Origin: Candidatus Latescibacterota bacterium
GTDB lineage: Bacteria; Latescibacterota; UBA2968
Reading direction: 5' to 3'
Length of the DNA: 64,000 nt
NCBI GenBank assembly: GCA_965207885.1
Contig: OZ242311.1
Span: forward strand, 576,001 to 640,000
Shown piece after piece: positions 1 to 8,862 of the stretch; the first letter of the stretch is position 1, and every line of letters starts with the position of its first letter. A model generated the notes under the pieces. It did not search any database and was not told the origin of the DNA. It saw only the letters and a program-made list of their open reading frames with translations. Both the position numbers and the translations under genes were made by a program.

Positions 1-168
1 GAGTCCAGTGATCTAATTGGCAATGCCGAAGGGGATTATCCAGAGATTACGACGGATGTTCTGGGGCATTCACGGGACGAGCAAAAGACGATTGGTTGTG
101 TTGAGTTTCCGACGAGAACGGAGGATGGTGGTCCTTTAACTGCGGAGGATGTGGGACCAGGGTGGTAG
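1..168 (+). CDS. C-terminal end of a probable polysaccharide lyase family 6 (chondroitinase B/alginate lyase-like) protein, truncated by the window edge
   Basis: Frame 1 is open from base 1 to TAG at 166-168. It reads ...GDYPEITTDVLGHSRD...IGCVEF...GPLTAEDVGPGW*, resembling the PLTxxDVGP C-terminus of PL6 proteins. Confidence 0.5.
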   Translation, partial: ESSDLIGNAEGDYPEITTDVLGHSRDEQKTIGCVEFPTRTEDGGPLTAEDVGPGW

Positions 169-170
169 CG

Positions 171-473
171 TTAAGCGATGGAGACGACGAGGTTCAAGTT
201 TTCTTTTCGTAGCATGTCTTGTAGTGCAAGCTGAACCCAAAAGCTCTCTGGCTCGCCGAGTTGTCTGGCAATTTTGGCTGCTCTGCTGGGGCTTGGGATT
301 CTTCTTTCTTTTTCTATATCACAAAGGCTTTGAGGCGAAATGCCCAAAAAATCAGCAAACGCTCTCTGGCTTTTTTCTTCTCCTTTTCGATAGCTGGATA
401 GGGCATTTCCAAATGTGAGACACCCAAAGTCTCTCGCCAGTTCAGAAGTCCCATATTGTTCTTTAGTAATCAT
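171..473 (-). CDS. XRE-family HTH protein (HigA-like antitoxin)
   Basis: HTH motif SQRAFADFLGISPQSLCDIEKERR; AGGAG RBS upstream of the ATG at 473. Confidence 0.8.
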   Translation of the reverse strand: MITKEQYGTSELARDFGCLTFGNALSSYRKGEEKSQRAFADFLGISPQSLCDIEKERRIPSPSRAAKIARQLGEPESFWVQLALQDMLRKENLNLVVSIA

Positions 474-517
474 GTTAATTGATCTCCTCACATATCATCA
501 TCCCTATCAACAAACCC

Positions 518-548
518 GTCATTGCGGCATGGTTTTAGCCGCAATCCA
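518..548 (+). repeat. Dispersed palindromic repeat, copy 1 of 7 (GTCATYGCGGC-loop-GCCGCRATCCA)
   Basis: Near-identical hairpins at 8754, 17233, 18770, 22279, 31999 and 62347. Confidence 0.85.
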
Positions 549-742
549 CTACCAGCGTAGTGCGCTCCCGATCTGCCGCATAACTCAAGCAGGCCAAAAT
601 GTCCTCTTCCTGGAGATAGGGAAACTCGTTGAGAATTTCCTGGTGTGTCATACCAGATGTGAGATAATCAAGCACATCATAAACAGTTATTCTCATTCCT
701 CTGATACAAGGCTTTCCGCCTCTCTTTCCAGGTTCAATGGTA

Positions 743-2131
743 TTGACATACTCCCAAAGCTGAAGCATTGGGATTCTCGTAGCTTCAGCAGGGATTGTGC
801 GATCAGCAGTCGCCGCCGACTATACAAGCTCGGTCTTACGCAACCTCCTGCATAGGTGGATGTCCCCACCTGTGAATGTTTATTGCTGCGTTGAGGTCTC
901 TGTCCATCTCGGACCCACATTCGCAACGGAACGTCCTCTCTCGCAAGGGGAGATCTTCTTTAACAGTGCCACAAGCAGAGCAGGTCTTAGAAGTTGGCAG
1001 CCATTGGTTAAGTTGCTTGACTTTCTTGCCTGTCTTTTGTGCGACATACTTGAGAATGGTCAAGAAGTTGGCAAAGCCCAAGTCGTTAATCTTCCTGCCC
1101 CACAGCTTTTGCATGGCTTTGATGTTCAGCTTCTCAAAGCACACAATGTCATATTCTTTGCACAGGTGGTGGGCAAGTCGCCAGTGGTAGTCTCGCCTCT
1201 GATTGGCAACATGCCGATGCACTTTGGCAAGATGTAGCCTTGCTCGATGGCGATTGTTGCTCCCTTTCTGTTTGCGAGAAAGATTGCGGTTGGCTTTCTT
1301 GACCTGTCTGGTGTTGCGAGAAAAGAACAAAGGCGATTGTGTGCGTGTATTGTCAGAGGCAGTCAGGTATGTCTTCAAGCCAAAGTCAAAGCCTGCGGTT
1401 TTACCGTTCTTGGCAATGACTTGCTTGATACCTTCAGCCTTTGCGACAACACATAGCCACAGGTCGCCTACGCGGTCACGGATGATTGTAACCGTCTTAA
1501 TGCTATCTGCATCGAAGGATCTACTCTTATGGTATCTGAAGACACGCCTGCCGATACGCACCTTGTTACCCTCAAGAAACTTGTAGCCTGCCTGCTTTAG
1601 CGTATAGGACAGATACCGAAACTTTGACCTGAAGGTAGGCGGTCGCTTGTTGTCTCTGGCAAAGAATTTCTGATAGCCAAAGTCTATGCGCTCTACTACA
1701 TTTTGCAATGCCTGGGATGGCAATAAGCACCAGTGGGCAAAGCGTGTGGTTCGCTTCAGCTTTGTCAGATGATTGATCAGCGTGAACTTGCTCGGATACT
1801 TGTTGAACCTGCTGTAGTATCGTTTATGCAACGCAATGAAGTGGTTATACACACCGGCAAAGGCGTCTATATCTCGATGGAGATACTTATTGCGATCACA
1901 GCGACTATACAACTTAAACTTGTATGTGATGTAGTCCATACTTGACATCAAAGAAAGAAGCCCGCAAGGTTGTCCACTGATAACCAAAAGCTATCAGACC
2001 TCACGGGCTAATAATAGGCACAAAAAAGGCTTTTGGTTTTGTTCAGTGGACAGAAGTAATATACTTAAATATCAACATCTTAGCAAGGAAAATCCATGCT
2101 AAAGCAACACCAAAATCAAAGCCCTTATCCG
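743..2131 (-). mobile_element. IS200/IS605-family element, tnpB only (IS1341-like), 1389 bp, no target duplication
   Basis: Right end GAATCCCAATGCTTCAGCTTTGGGAGTATGTCAA (subterminal hairpin plus TCAA) ends at 743. Boundaries are fixed by reconstitution of the interrupted gene. Confidence 0.9.
836..1939 (-). CDS. tnpB: RNA-guided endonuclease TnpB
   Basis: RuvC motifs GFDFG, CFEKL and DRDLNAAINI plus zinc ribbon CSAC...CECG. Start at MDYITYKF is preferred because the upstream region is a long hairpin. Confidence 0.93.
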   Translation of the reverse strand: MDYITYKFKLYSRCDRNKYLHRDIDAFAGVYNHFIALHKRYYSRFNKYPSKFTLINHLTKLKRTTRFAHWCLLPSQALQNVVERIDFGYQKFFARDNKRPPTFRSKFRYLSYTLKQAGYKFLEGNKVRIGRRVFRYHKSRSFDADSIKTVTIIRDRVGDLWLCVVAKAEGIKQVIAKNGKTAGFDFGLKTYLTASDNTRTQSPLFFSRNTRQVKKANRNLSRKQKGSNNRHRARLHLAKVHRHVANQRRDYHWRLAHHLCKEYDIVCFEKLNIKAMQKLWGRKINDLGFANFLTILKYVAQKTGKKVKQLNQWLPTSKTCSACGTVKEDLPLRERTFRCECGSEMDRDLNAAINIHRWGHPPMQEVA

Positions 2132-2240
2132 ATAATATCTTTGTAGTTCATGCGGACCTCTGTTTTCTGTTCACGCCACTAATTTAACGCGACCTCGCAA
2201 ATAATCAAATTTTTCCGGGAGTTCTCCATACAAGCACCGA

Positions 2241-2324
2241 GAGATATTTTGAAATGCGGTTGACAATATCGCCTCGTTGCGACATTTTTAGATCTGATAA
2301 TGTGGATATGATGGGAGGTAGCGC
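2241..2324 (+). promoter_or_regulatory. Repeated ~85-bp promoter-like module (GAGATATTTTGAAATGCGGTTGACAATATCGC...)
   Basis: Contains TTGACA. Similar full copy at 5779-5861; partial copies at 2825, 7319 and 7407. Confidence 0.7.
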
Positions 2325-2537
2325 GTGGAAAAATTGTCACGGATTACTTTCGATCCCGCGGTCATGAGTGGCAAGGCATGTATTCGGGGACTGCGAGTGA
2401 CGGTTGGAACTGTTGTGGGACTCCTGGCAGCCGGTCGGTCACATGAGGAAATATTAAAAGCCTATCCTTATCTTGAACCAGAAGATATCGATCAAGCTCT
2501 GGCTTATGCGCGGGGCGAAGAAATACCTTCGAGATGA
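2325..2537 (+). CDS. DUF433 domain protein
   Basis: ITFDPAVMSGKACIRGLRVTV...EILKAYPYLEPEDI; GGAGG RBS. Confidence 0.85.
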   Translation: MEKLSRITFDPAVMSGKACIRGLRVTVGTVVGLLAAGRSHEEILKAYPYLEPEDIDQALAYARGEEIPSR

Positions 2538-2557
2538 GCGGGCTAAGGAGTCAAGCC

Positions 2558-2789
2558 ATGGTGTGCGATATATGTGGGAAAGAGGGGGTGCGCCAGCGTT
2601 ACGTTTCACGTAGTTATGGGAAAGGCGCGTTCCTTCTTGTTATCGAAGGTGTGCCTGTGATGGGTTGTCCCCATTGTGGCGAAAGCTATTTGACAGCACA
2701 AACTCTGCATGAAGTTGACCGCATTCATTAAGCGCGAGCGAGAAGGAATTGCGACTAAACGCACCGTAGCGGTCGCTGCATTTGCATAA
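2558..2789 (+). pseudogene. YgiT/MqsA-type zinc-finger protein frameshifted by a 4-bp duplication
   Basis: CDIC...CPHCGESY motifs. CATTCATT at 2722-2729 shifts the frame; removing one copy gives ...DRIKREREGIATKRTVAVAAFA*. Confidence 0.75.
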
Positions 2790-2885
2790 CCCGCGAGGAA
2801 TGCGTCGCAATCTGGCACGCGACGAGAGATGTTTTAAAATGTGAAGAATACAGGCGTTGGTTAATCGTACCGACCCATTCTATGC

Positions 2886-2918
2886 CGCTCTCCCAATATC
2901 GGGAGGGCGGTATTTTTA
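2886..2918 (+). terminator. Intrinsic terminator
   Basis: CCGCTCTCCC-loop-GGGAGGGCGG followed by a T tract. Confidence 0.6.
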
Positions 2919-3209
2919 TTTATAACTGGAGACGTTGGTCAAGTCCATGCTACATTCGTGGATTGAGGGCCAGAAGCTCAATACATCAAAATGTCCGCGT
3001 TTGTCTTCTTGGGTACGCTCTGATGAGACGTTAAACATATTCCAGGAGACAAGATAAGGACATATTTGCTCTTTATGTCATTTATATAAATATTTTATTC
3101 AGGATTTTCCACTCTATTTCTGTTGAAAAATTTTTCTAAAAAAGATATATTCTTGGTGTATCGTATTTAAGCAGTCTCATTATGAAAACTCAAGCTAAGG
3201 AGTTTTGCC

Positions 3210-4208
3210 ATGAAAATCAATCCTGATTGCCTTCGCACCGTGCGCCAAAAGAAAGGATTTACACGTCCACAACTTGAAAAAAGATCTGGCATCACCGTAC
3301 GCACGATCCAACGTTTGGAACAAGAACCATATCGATCCCAGAAGACCCGAGAGGACACACTGAACCGCTTGGCCAAAGCACTCAGCGTTGAACCAGGTGT
3401 GCTCACAGGCGATTTACCACTTCCCGAGTCCGATGATACGCTCACCGACAATCTTGATCGCGTCCAGATCGGCGCGCAGATCGCACCAAAGGCCCGACTT
3501 GCATACGATCTCATCAAACGCCGATATGGTGTCAATGCCACTGAGATCATTAACATGGCACCGCTCTTCTTCACGCTTCTGGCCGAGGGCAGTCTCGCCT
3601 GGCGACGCAAAAAATTGAAAGAGGCGGAAGAAACGTACGATCATTTGATGCAAATTGATGGATTCTGGAGTGGGGGTAGCGCATTTATTGAGCACGGCAT
3701 GGGCGAAGGTACCTTCGTAGAAGAAGAGTCCATCGATAGGGCTGATCTGTTCGGCGAACATCTGGATGATGATTTTGATTCCTCTAAAAACAACCCATTC
3801 ACCTACTATTTGCGAAAGTTGGCAAATGAACTCGACATCACCGGCATCGTTGGTGTAGATGGCGGTGTTCTCAGTATTGCATCAAATTTCAAGTTTCCTC
3901 ACTACGACATCTGTAGTGAAGAACTCGACCACATTGCTAACGGATCTCCTATTGCCAGGGTATGCCTTGAAACTGGTTGTGCGCGGCCCTCAGAGATTCC
4001 CGATGAACTGATGGCAGAAGATGCTGGTGAGGAGCGTGTGCAGTGGCTTAAAAAAAAGCTACCGGATATTTTGAAACGGGATAAAGAGGGCGTAATCGCA
4101 GAGTTTATAGCCACGTCGCTACAAGGCGATGAGCAGAGGGATTTTTTCTTGATGTTGGATTCTCAAAAGACCAATTCCGAAACTGAGAAAGGAGAGAACG
4201 ACGAATGA
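3210..4208 (+). CDS. XRE-family HTH protein with a large acidic C-terminal region of unknown function
   Basis: N-terminal HTH TRPQLEKRSGITVRTIQRLE; AAGGAG RBS. Confidence 0.8.
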   Translation: MKINPDCLRTVRQKKGFTRPQLEKRSGITVRTIQRLEQEPYRSQKTREDTLNRLAKALSVEPGVLTGDLPLPESDDTLTDNLDRVQIGAQIAPKARLAYDLIKRRYGVNATEIINMAPLFFTLLAEGSLAWRRKKLKEAEETYDHLMQIDGFWSGGSAFIEHGMGEGTFVEEESIDRADLFGEHLDDDFDSSKNNPFTYYLRKLANELDITGIVGVDGGVLSIASNFKFPHYDICSEELDHIANGSPIARVCLETGCARPSEIPDELMAEDAGEERVQWLKKKLPDILKRDKEGVIAEFIATSLQGDEQRDFFLMLDSQKTNSETEKGENDE

Positions 4209-4507
4209 ATGATCTCATTTATAGCCGACACGCCAGGACACGCATGCAACAGCGCGGCATTCGCAAAGCAGATATTCCGATTATTATCGAGTATGGAACG
4301 CAGATTGACGACGAGACCTATTTTATGCGTAACCGGGATGCCGCCCGCGAGATCGAGACCCGCAAGCGAGAGATACAGACGTTGAGTCGGCTTGTGAATC
4401 GCAAGGTTGTGATACGCAACGGGCGCGTCATCACTGCCTATCCCTCAAACCTCGCAGACCAAAAACGCACACTACGCCGCGGACGACAAAAGGGGTTGGT
4501 GAAATGA
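4205..4507 (+). CDS. DUF4258-like (RelE-fold) putative toxin
   Basis: YSRHARTRMQQRGI...VITAY motif; ATGA overlap with the upstream gene. Confidence 0.7.
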   Translation: MNDLIYSRHARTRMQQRGIRKADIPIIIEYGTQIDDETYFMRNRDAAREIETRKREIQTLSRLVNRKVVIRNGRVITAYPSNLADQKRTLRRGRQKGLVK

Positions 4508-4550
4508 CAACGGAATCTCAAAACAATTCGGTTTGCTCTTTGCAAGCTAG

Positions 4551-4669
4551 TTTGGATTAAATCGCGGTGATAAGCAGTATGATGCGAAGTACGATCTGGA
4601 TGGTGATGACACAATTGGATTTAGTGATTTTCTGATCTTCGCAGAAGCTTCAGCAAGGAAGGGTCATAA
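4551..4669 (+). pseudogene. Remnant of an EF-hand/dockerin-like C-terminal repeat
   Basis: Reads FGLNRGDKQYDAKYDLDGDDTIGFSDFLIFAE with no start codon. Confidence 0.65.
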
Positions 4670-4682
4670 ATCGCGCTTCCCT

Positions 4683-5531
4683 GTGACGTCTAAAACTGTT
4701 CACGGTATTGAAAAAAAGGAGCGAGTACTTATGGCCACCAAAAATATGGTAGTGCTTTTCGATGAATCCGGAACACCAACTATCAAAGACGATCCAAGGA
4801 CAGATTGGTTTCTTGGCGTTGGCATAGCTTACGAGCAATCTGCCGAGAAGATGATCTTTTCCAGATGCAAAGATGCTTGCGGTCTAGCGAATAGCAGACC
4901 GTTGAAAAACGACCGCATTGGAAACGTTCGTGCAGTATGTATTGCAAAGCTCTTGGCAGACTTACCTGTGTCCATATTTATTTCTCGTGTGAATACAGCA
5001 GATCCAGAATATCGTGAAACCATAGTTGACTATGAGGACTTTGGTAACAAAGCCAGGCAGGAATTTCGACAAGTCCGAGGACGCCCGATAGCCCAAATTA
5101 TTCATTCTCAGGTACTTGATTATTGTTTATTCTATTTGATCACGGGCTATTTTGAGCAAGGTGGAGGCGATTCTGCCTTTGCCATATTCATCGATAATTG
5201 GTCTATTTCTCCAAACGATATTGATATTTTCCTTAGCTTTAGGGCCGAATCCTTATATGAAAGGATATCGTCTTTACATCGTCGTTTTCCTGCTGAAGGG
5301 CAACTCGTTTCAATAAAACCGCTGGAGTTGCTTAAGGAAGATAGCAGCAGAAAGAGATTCGTTGATGTGGTGGCCAGTATCTTCAGTAGGGCATACCTAA
5401 AAAGGGACAATCAGAGGTATTCATATGAAGCTGCAAATATCCTTCAAGAATGTGGAAAGGCATCGTGTAGTGATGCGACGCAATATTTGATTAATCTCGT
5501 GCAAGCAGTAATGAAAGAAAGTCAAAATTGA
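4683..5531 (+). CDS. DUF3800-like (RNase H-fold) protein
   Basis: N-terminal FDESG motif, central IFIDN and late DVVAS. The true start may be at 4731. Confidence 0.65.
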   Translation: MTSKTVHGIEKKERVLMATKNMVVLFDESGTPTIKDDPRTDWFLGVGIAYEQSAEKMIFSRCKDACGLANSRPLKNDRIGNVRAVCIAKLLADLPVSIFISRVNTADPEYRETIVDYEDFGNKARQEFRQVRGRPIAQIIHSQVLDYCLFYLITGYFEQGGGDSAFAIFIDNWSISPNDIDIFLSFRAESLYERISSLHRRFPAEGQLVSIKPLELLKEDSSRKRFVDVVASIFSRAYLKRDNQRYSYEAANILQECGKASCSDATQYLINLVQAVMKESQN

Positions 5532-5907
5532 GCGTGTTGAAGGTAGGGGGACCTGCGCTCAGGTCTTGGGGTGTCTCAAAGCCCAGACCGATTGGCTCAC
5601 GGGTGGAGGCAAGGCTATCACAGCGTGTGTGGGATGGGTTTTGGATGGGTGGCTTGAGCGGTGGGTATCCTGTAAATCCTCACATCCTACCTATCCTGAT
5701 GAACTGGTCTGGAAATCGACCAGTTGTACACCGCTTCTGACAAGGGGGATTGGCTGGCTTGCGAATAGCACCCAACGCGAGATATTTTGAAATGCGATTG
5801 ACAATATCGCGTTGTTGATACATTTTTTATCGGACAGTATGGATATAGTGGGAGACAGCGCAATACGATTTTGGTAGAAACTCGCTGATGCTATACAATG
5901 GGGCTAC

Positions 5908-6384
5908 ATGAGATTACAGCGTGTATATGTTGATACTTCTGTCATCGGCGGCTGCCATGATGATGAGTTTGCCACCTGGTCAAACGGCTTGATGAAAGAT
6001 TTCCGTTTGGGTAACTTCCGGCCGGTCGTATCCGAAGTCGTTGACGCGGAGGTTCGGGATGCCCCTGAGCCTATTCGAGATATTTATTCAGAACTTTTGA
6101 CTCTGGAGCCTGAATTTCTCAACGCTACAGAGGAAGCCGTGCAACTTGCTGAAATCTACCTGGAAAGACAGATTCTGACAGACAGATTCTTCGATGATGC
6201 CCTGCATATCGCTTTGGCTTCGGTTGCAGAAGTCGATGTGTTGGTTAGCTGGAACTTCAGACACATCGTACACTTCGACAAGATACGTCTGTTCACCGCT
6301 GTGAATATTGAGCGTGGCTATAAACCATTACAGATATACTCTCCGCGTGAGGTGACCAATTATGGAGACGAAAAAGACGTTTGA
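5908..6384 (+). CDS. PIN-domain toxin
   Basis: VYVDTSV...DALHIALA...LVSWNFRHIV. Confidence 0.9.
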   Translation: MRLQRVYVDTSVIGGCHDDEFATWSNGLMKDFRLGNFRPVVSEVVDAEVRDAPEPIRDIYSELLTLEPEFLNATEEAVQLAEIYLERQILTDRFFDDALHIALASVAEVDVLVSWNFRHIVHFDKIRLFTAVNIERGYKPLQIYSPREVTNYGDEKDV

Positions 6385-6538
6385 TGCGGTTAAAATTGTG
6401 CGCCGGATTCGAGACGCGCACTATGAGCAACTCAAAGATAGAACGGTAAAAGAGCAATTGGCATTTTACCAAGGCAAGTCTCATGCATTGCGTAACGAAT
6501 TAAAAAAGAAATTGCAAGAGCATTATGATGACGAATGA
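6362..6538 (+). CDS. Small putative antitoxin (58 aa, not in the ORF track)
   Basis: METKKTFDAVKIVRRIRD...; overlaps the 3' end of the PIN gene, as is typical of this pair. Confidence 0.65.
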   Translation: METKKTFDAVKIVRRIRDAHYEQLKDRTVKEQLAFYQGKSHALRNELKKKLQEHYDDE

Positions 6539-6713
6539 CCCCATTGTTTCGGAAGTCCGAGCAGTACGCGATAAACACGCTGCTCAGTTTGGCTACAATC
6601 TCAAAGAGATATTCCGCGATATTAAGAAAAAACAAAAAGCATCTGGTCGTCAATATGTGCAGTATCCATCCCGTGCGGCTGTTGCAACAGCTATTACAAC
6701 TTCAGACCAGTAG
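6525..6713 (+). CDS. Small putative antitoxin-like protein
   Basis: DPIVSEVRAVRDKHAAQFGYNL pattern, common next to PIN genes. Confidence 0.6.
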   Translation: MMTNDPIVSEVRAVRDKHAAQFGYNLKEIFRDIKKKQKASGRQYVQYPSRAAVATAITTSDQ

Positions 6714-6729
6714 CGATAAAGGCAATATC

Positions 6730-7320
6730 ATGACGACGGTTTTCATTGGCGGTTCTCGTAGCCTCACACGCTTGAACGATACCATCAGGTACACAGCGGA
6801 TAACATCATGCGTCAGCATTTTGATATCGTTATCGGAGATGCAAATGGTGCTGATAAGGCTGTACAGAGCTATTTAGCAGAAAAAGCATATCGGAATGTT
6901 ATCGTCTATTGTATGGATGATCACTGTCGGAACAACGTGGGAAGTTGGCCAGTAGAACAGATATATGCAGATAATCAGGTAAAGGACTTTGCATACTACA
7001 CAACTAAGGATACAGAGATGGCTCAAGTAGCGTCCTATGGCTTCATGATTTGGGATGGAAAGAGTAAGGGAACTTTGAACAATATTCTCAACTTATTGCA
7101 GCTACAGAAGAATATCCTGGTCTATTTTTCGCCCGATAAGTCCTGTTATAAGCTCAAATCACACGATGATCTTAATACACTCTTAAAAAAGTGCAGCATC
7201 GATATGAGAGAAATGTTCAAACTTCGGAACTTGCGAACCAGGAAGCATGTGATTAAAGGCGACCCCGAGGATCTGGTTCATATCACCTGGGATAAGGCGG
7301 TGAATATTGATCTACCTTGA
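6730..7320 (+). CDS. SLOG-superfamily-like protein
   Basis: VFIGGSR...IGDANGAD...WDGKSKGT motifs. Confidence 0.65.
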   Translation: MTTVFIGGSRSLTRLNDTIRYTADNIMRQHFDIVIGDANGADKAVQSYLAEKAYRNVIVYCMDDHCRNNVGSWPVEQIYADNQVKDFAYYTTKDTEMAQVASYGFMIWDGKSKGTLNNILNLLQLQKNILVYFSPDKSCYKLKSHDDLNTLLKKCSIDMREMFKLRNLRTRKHVIKGDPEDLVHITWDKAVNIDLP

Positions 7321-7485
7321 TGTTTTGAAATGCGGTTGACAAAAGCGTATGTGTTAAACATTGACATGTACGCTTTTTTGTTTTCTTTGACTTCACAGCC
7401 TTAACCGAAATCCGATTGACAATGTCGCATTGTTGCTACATTGTTTATTTCTGAGGATATTCCCAATACCAGAAAAGGAAAATAC

Positions 7486-8694
7486 ATGAAAATCAAATCC
7501 GTCGAAGTCGTTCGCGTGGAACGGCCAGATGCAAGCCAGGTCTCAACGGGTTCTGGTACGACGCTCGCTGCTTCAACAAGTGCAGCCCCGAGGACAAAGG
7601 GGTATAGAAAGGCGTGGCCCTCGCAGATAGAGGTGGCAAATCCGATGTCTAAGTTCCCGCGGTTTAAGGCGCGGCGTCAGCTTTACGGTGCCAGACAGTG
7701 GCCCAGGTTTTCGGTTAAGGTGACCGCTGAAGACGGGACCTGGGGCCTCGGCACGTCGGCGGGACGCCCAGTTGCTATGGTGGTGGAAGATGCTTTCGCG
7801 CATATACTGGAAGGGGAAAGTTGTCTGGCAATTGAAAAGCTGTGGGATATGATGTTTCGCGTGTCCAAATCTTTTGGGACTGTGGGGATTGCCTCGTTGG
7901 CGATTAGTGCTGTGGATCTGGCGCTGTGGGATCTGGCGGGGAAATTGCAGGGCAAGCCCGTTTATGAACTTCTGGGTGGTCCGGCGCGCGATCGTTTGTT
8001 TGTGTACGCGACGGGTGATGATGTGGATTGGTACAAGGAGTTGGGGTTTCGGGCGTTTAAGTTGCCCTGTCAATATGGGCCGGTTGATGGGTTGTGGGGA
8101 TTGGGGGAGAACGAGAGGCGAATAGCCGAGGTCCGCGAGTTGATCGGCGATGATTGCGATCTCATGCTGGATTGTTATATGGCTTTGGATGTGGAATATA
8201 CCGCGCGTTTGGCCAATCGCCTGCGTCCTTATAATCTGCGCTGGATGGAAGAGTGCCTGATTCCCGAGGATGTTGGGGGGCATATTGAACTCAAGAAACG
8301 CCTGCCGTGGTTGACGCTTGCCAGTGGCGAGCATTTTTACACGCCGTATCCCTACCAGTTGATGATCGAAAATCGGTGTCTCGATATTCTCCAGCCCGAT
8401 ATTCAGTGGGTGGGCGGTTTGACTGCTTGTGTCAAAATTTGTAATATGGCTGCTGCTGCGGGTCTGGAAGTTTGTCTGCACGGCGGGGGACGCGATGCGT
8501 ACGGTCAGCATTTGAGCTGGGCAATGCCCAATACGCCCTGGTGTGAGTATTTTATCGGTTCTGATCCGGGGGTACCACTTGAAGAAGTGGCGCAACCCGG
8601 CGCGCGCGTGCCGCGCAATAGCTATCTGGAGTTTGCGCCGACGGGTCCGGGTTTTGATCTGGGGATTGAAGAGGATTGGTTGGTGCCGTTTTAG
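7486..8694 (+). CDS. Enolase-superfamily sugar-acid dehydratase (L-rhamnonate dehydratase-like)
   Basis: SAVDLALWDL.GK; metal ligands in LDCYM, WMEE and SGEH; LQPD. Confidence 0.85.
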   Translation: MKIKSVEVVRVERPDASQVSTGSGTTLAASTSAAPRTKGYRKAWPSQIEVANPMSKFPRFKARRQLYGARQWPRFSVKVTAEDGTWGLGTSAGRPVAMVVEDAFAHILEGESCLAIEKLWDMMFRVSKSFGTVGIASLAISAVDLALWDLAGKLQGKPVYELLGGPARDRLFVYATGDDVDWYKELGFRAFKLPCQYGPVDGLWGLGENERRIAEVRELIGDDCDLMLDCYMALDVEYTARLANRLRPYNLRWMEECLIPEDVGGHIELKKRLPWLTLASGEHFYTPYPYQLMIENRCLDILQPDIQWVGGLTACVKICNMAAAAGLEVCLHGGGRDAYGQHLSWAMPNTPWCEYFIGSDPGVPLEEVAQPGARVPRNSYLEFAPTGPGFDLGIEEDWLVPF

Positions 8695-8695
8695 A

Positions 8696-8847
8696 CGAAT
8701 CAACGAATCAACGAATCAACGAATCAACGAAACAGGTAATGTACATGAAAGCCGTCATTGCGGCATGGTTTTAGCCGCAATCCAGAGGTTTTGGGTGGTT
8801 GGGCGGGGTTCGTCTATTCGCGCTTTTCTCGTCTATTCGTCTATTCG
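8696..8847. repeat. Composite repeat: (ACGAATCA)x4, palindrome copy 2 (8754-8784), then oppositely oriented TTCGTCTA units
   Basis: Read directly from the sequence. Confidence 0.8.
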
Positions 8848-8862
8848 CAGGAAGGAACAAAA

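Larger units (their letters stand above)
535..2151 (-). pseudogene. DUF433 antitoxin-like gene split by an IS200/IS605 element (5' part 2151-2132, 3' part 742-535)
   Basis: Joining 2132 to 742 restores MNYKDIITIEPGKRGGKPCIRGMRITVYDVL..., with a GAGG RBS before 2151. Confidence 0.9.

Noticed and set aside
535-768. Intact 77-aa DUF433 ORF as listed in the track
   Set aside because: Its first nine codons derive from the IS right end; the true start is at 2151.
743-2131. IStron (group I intron plus IS), since the element lies in sense orientation within a gene
   Set aside because: Under 200 bp precede tnpB, too short for a group I core, and the element ends in TCAA rather than a terminal G.
3020-3045. 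Hammerhead ribozyme suggested by CTGATGAG
   Set aside because: No stem II followed by GAAA.
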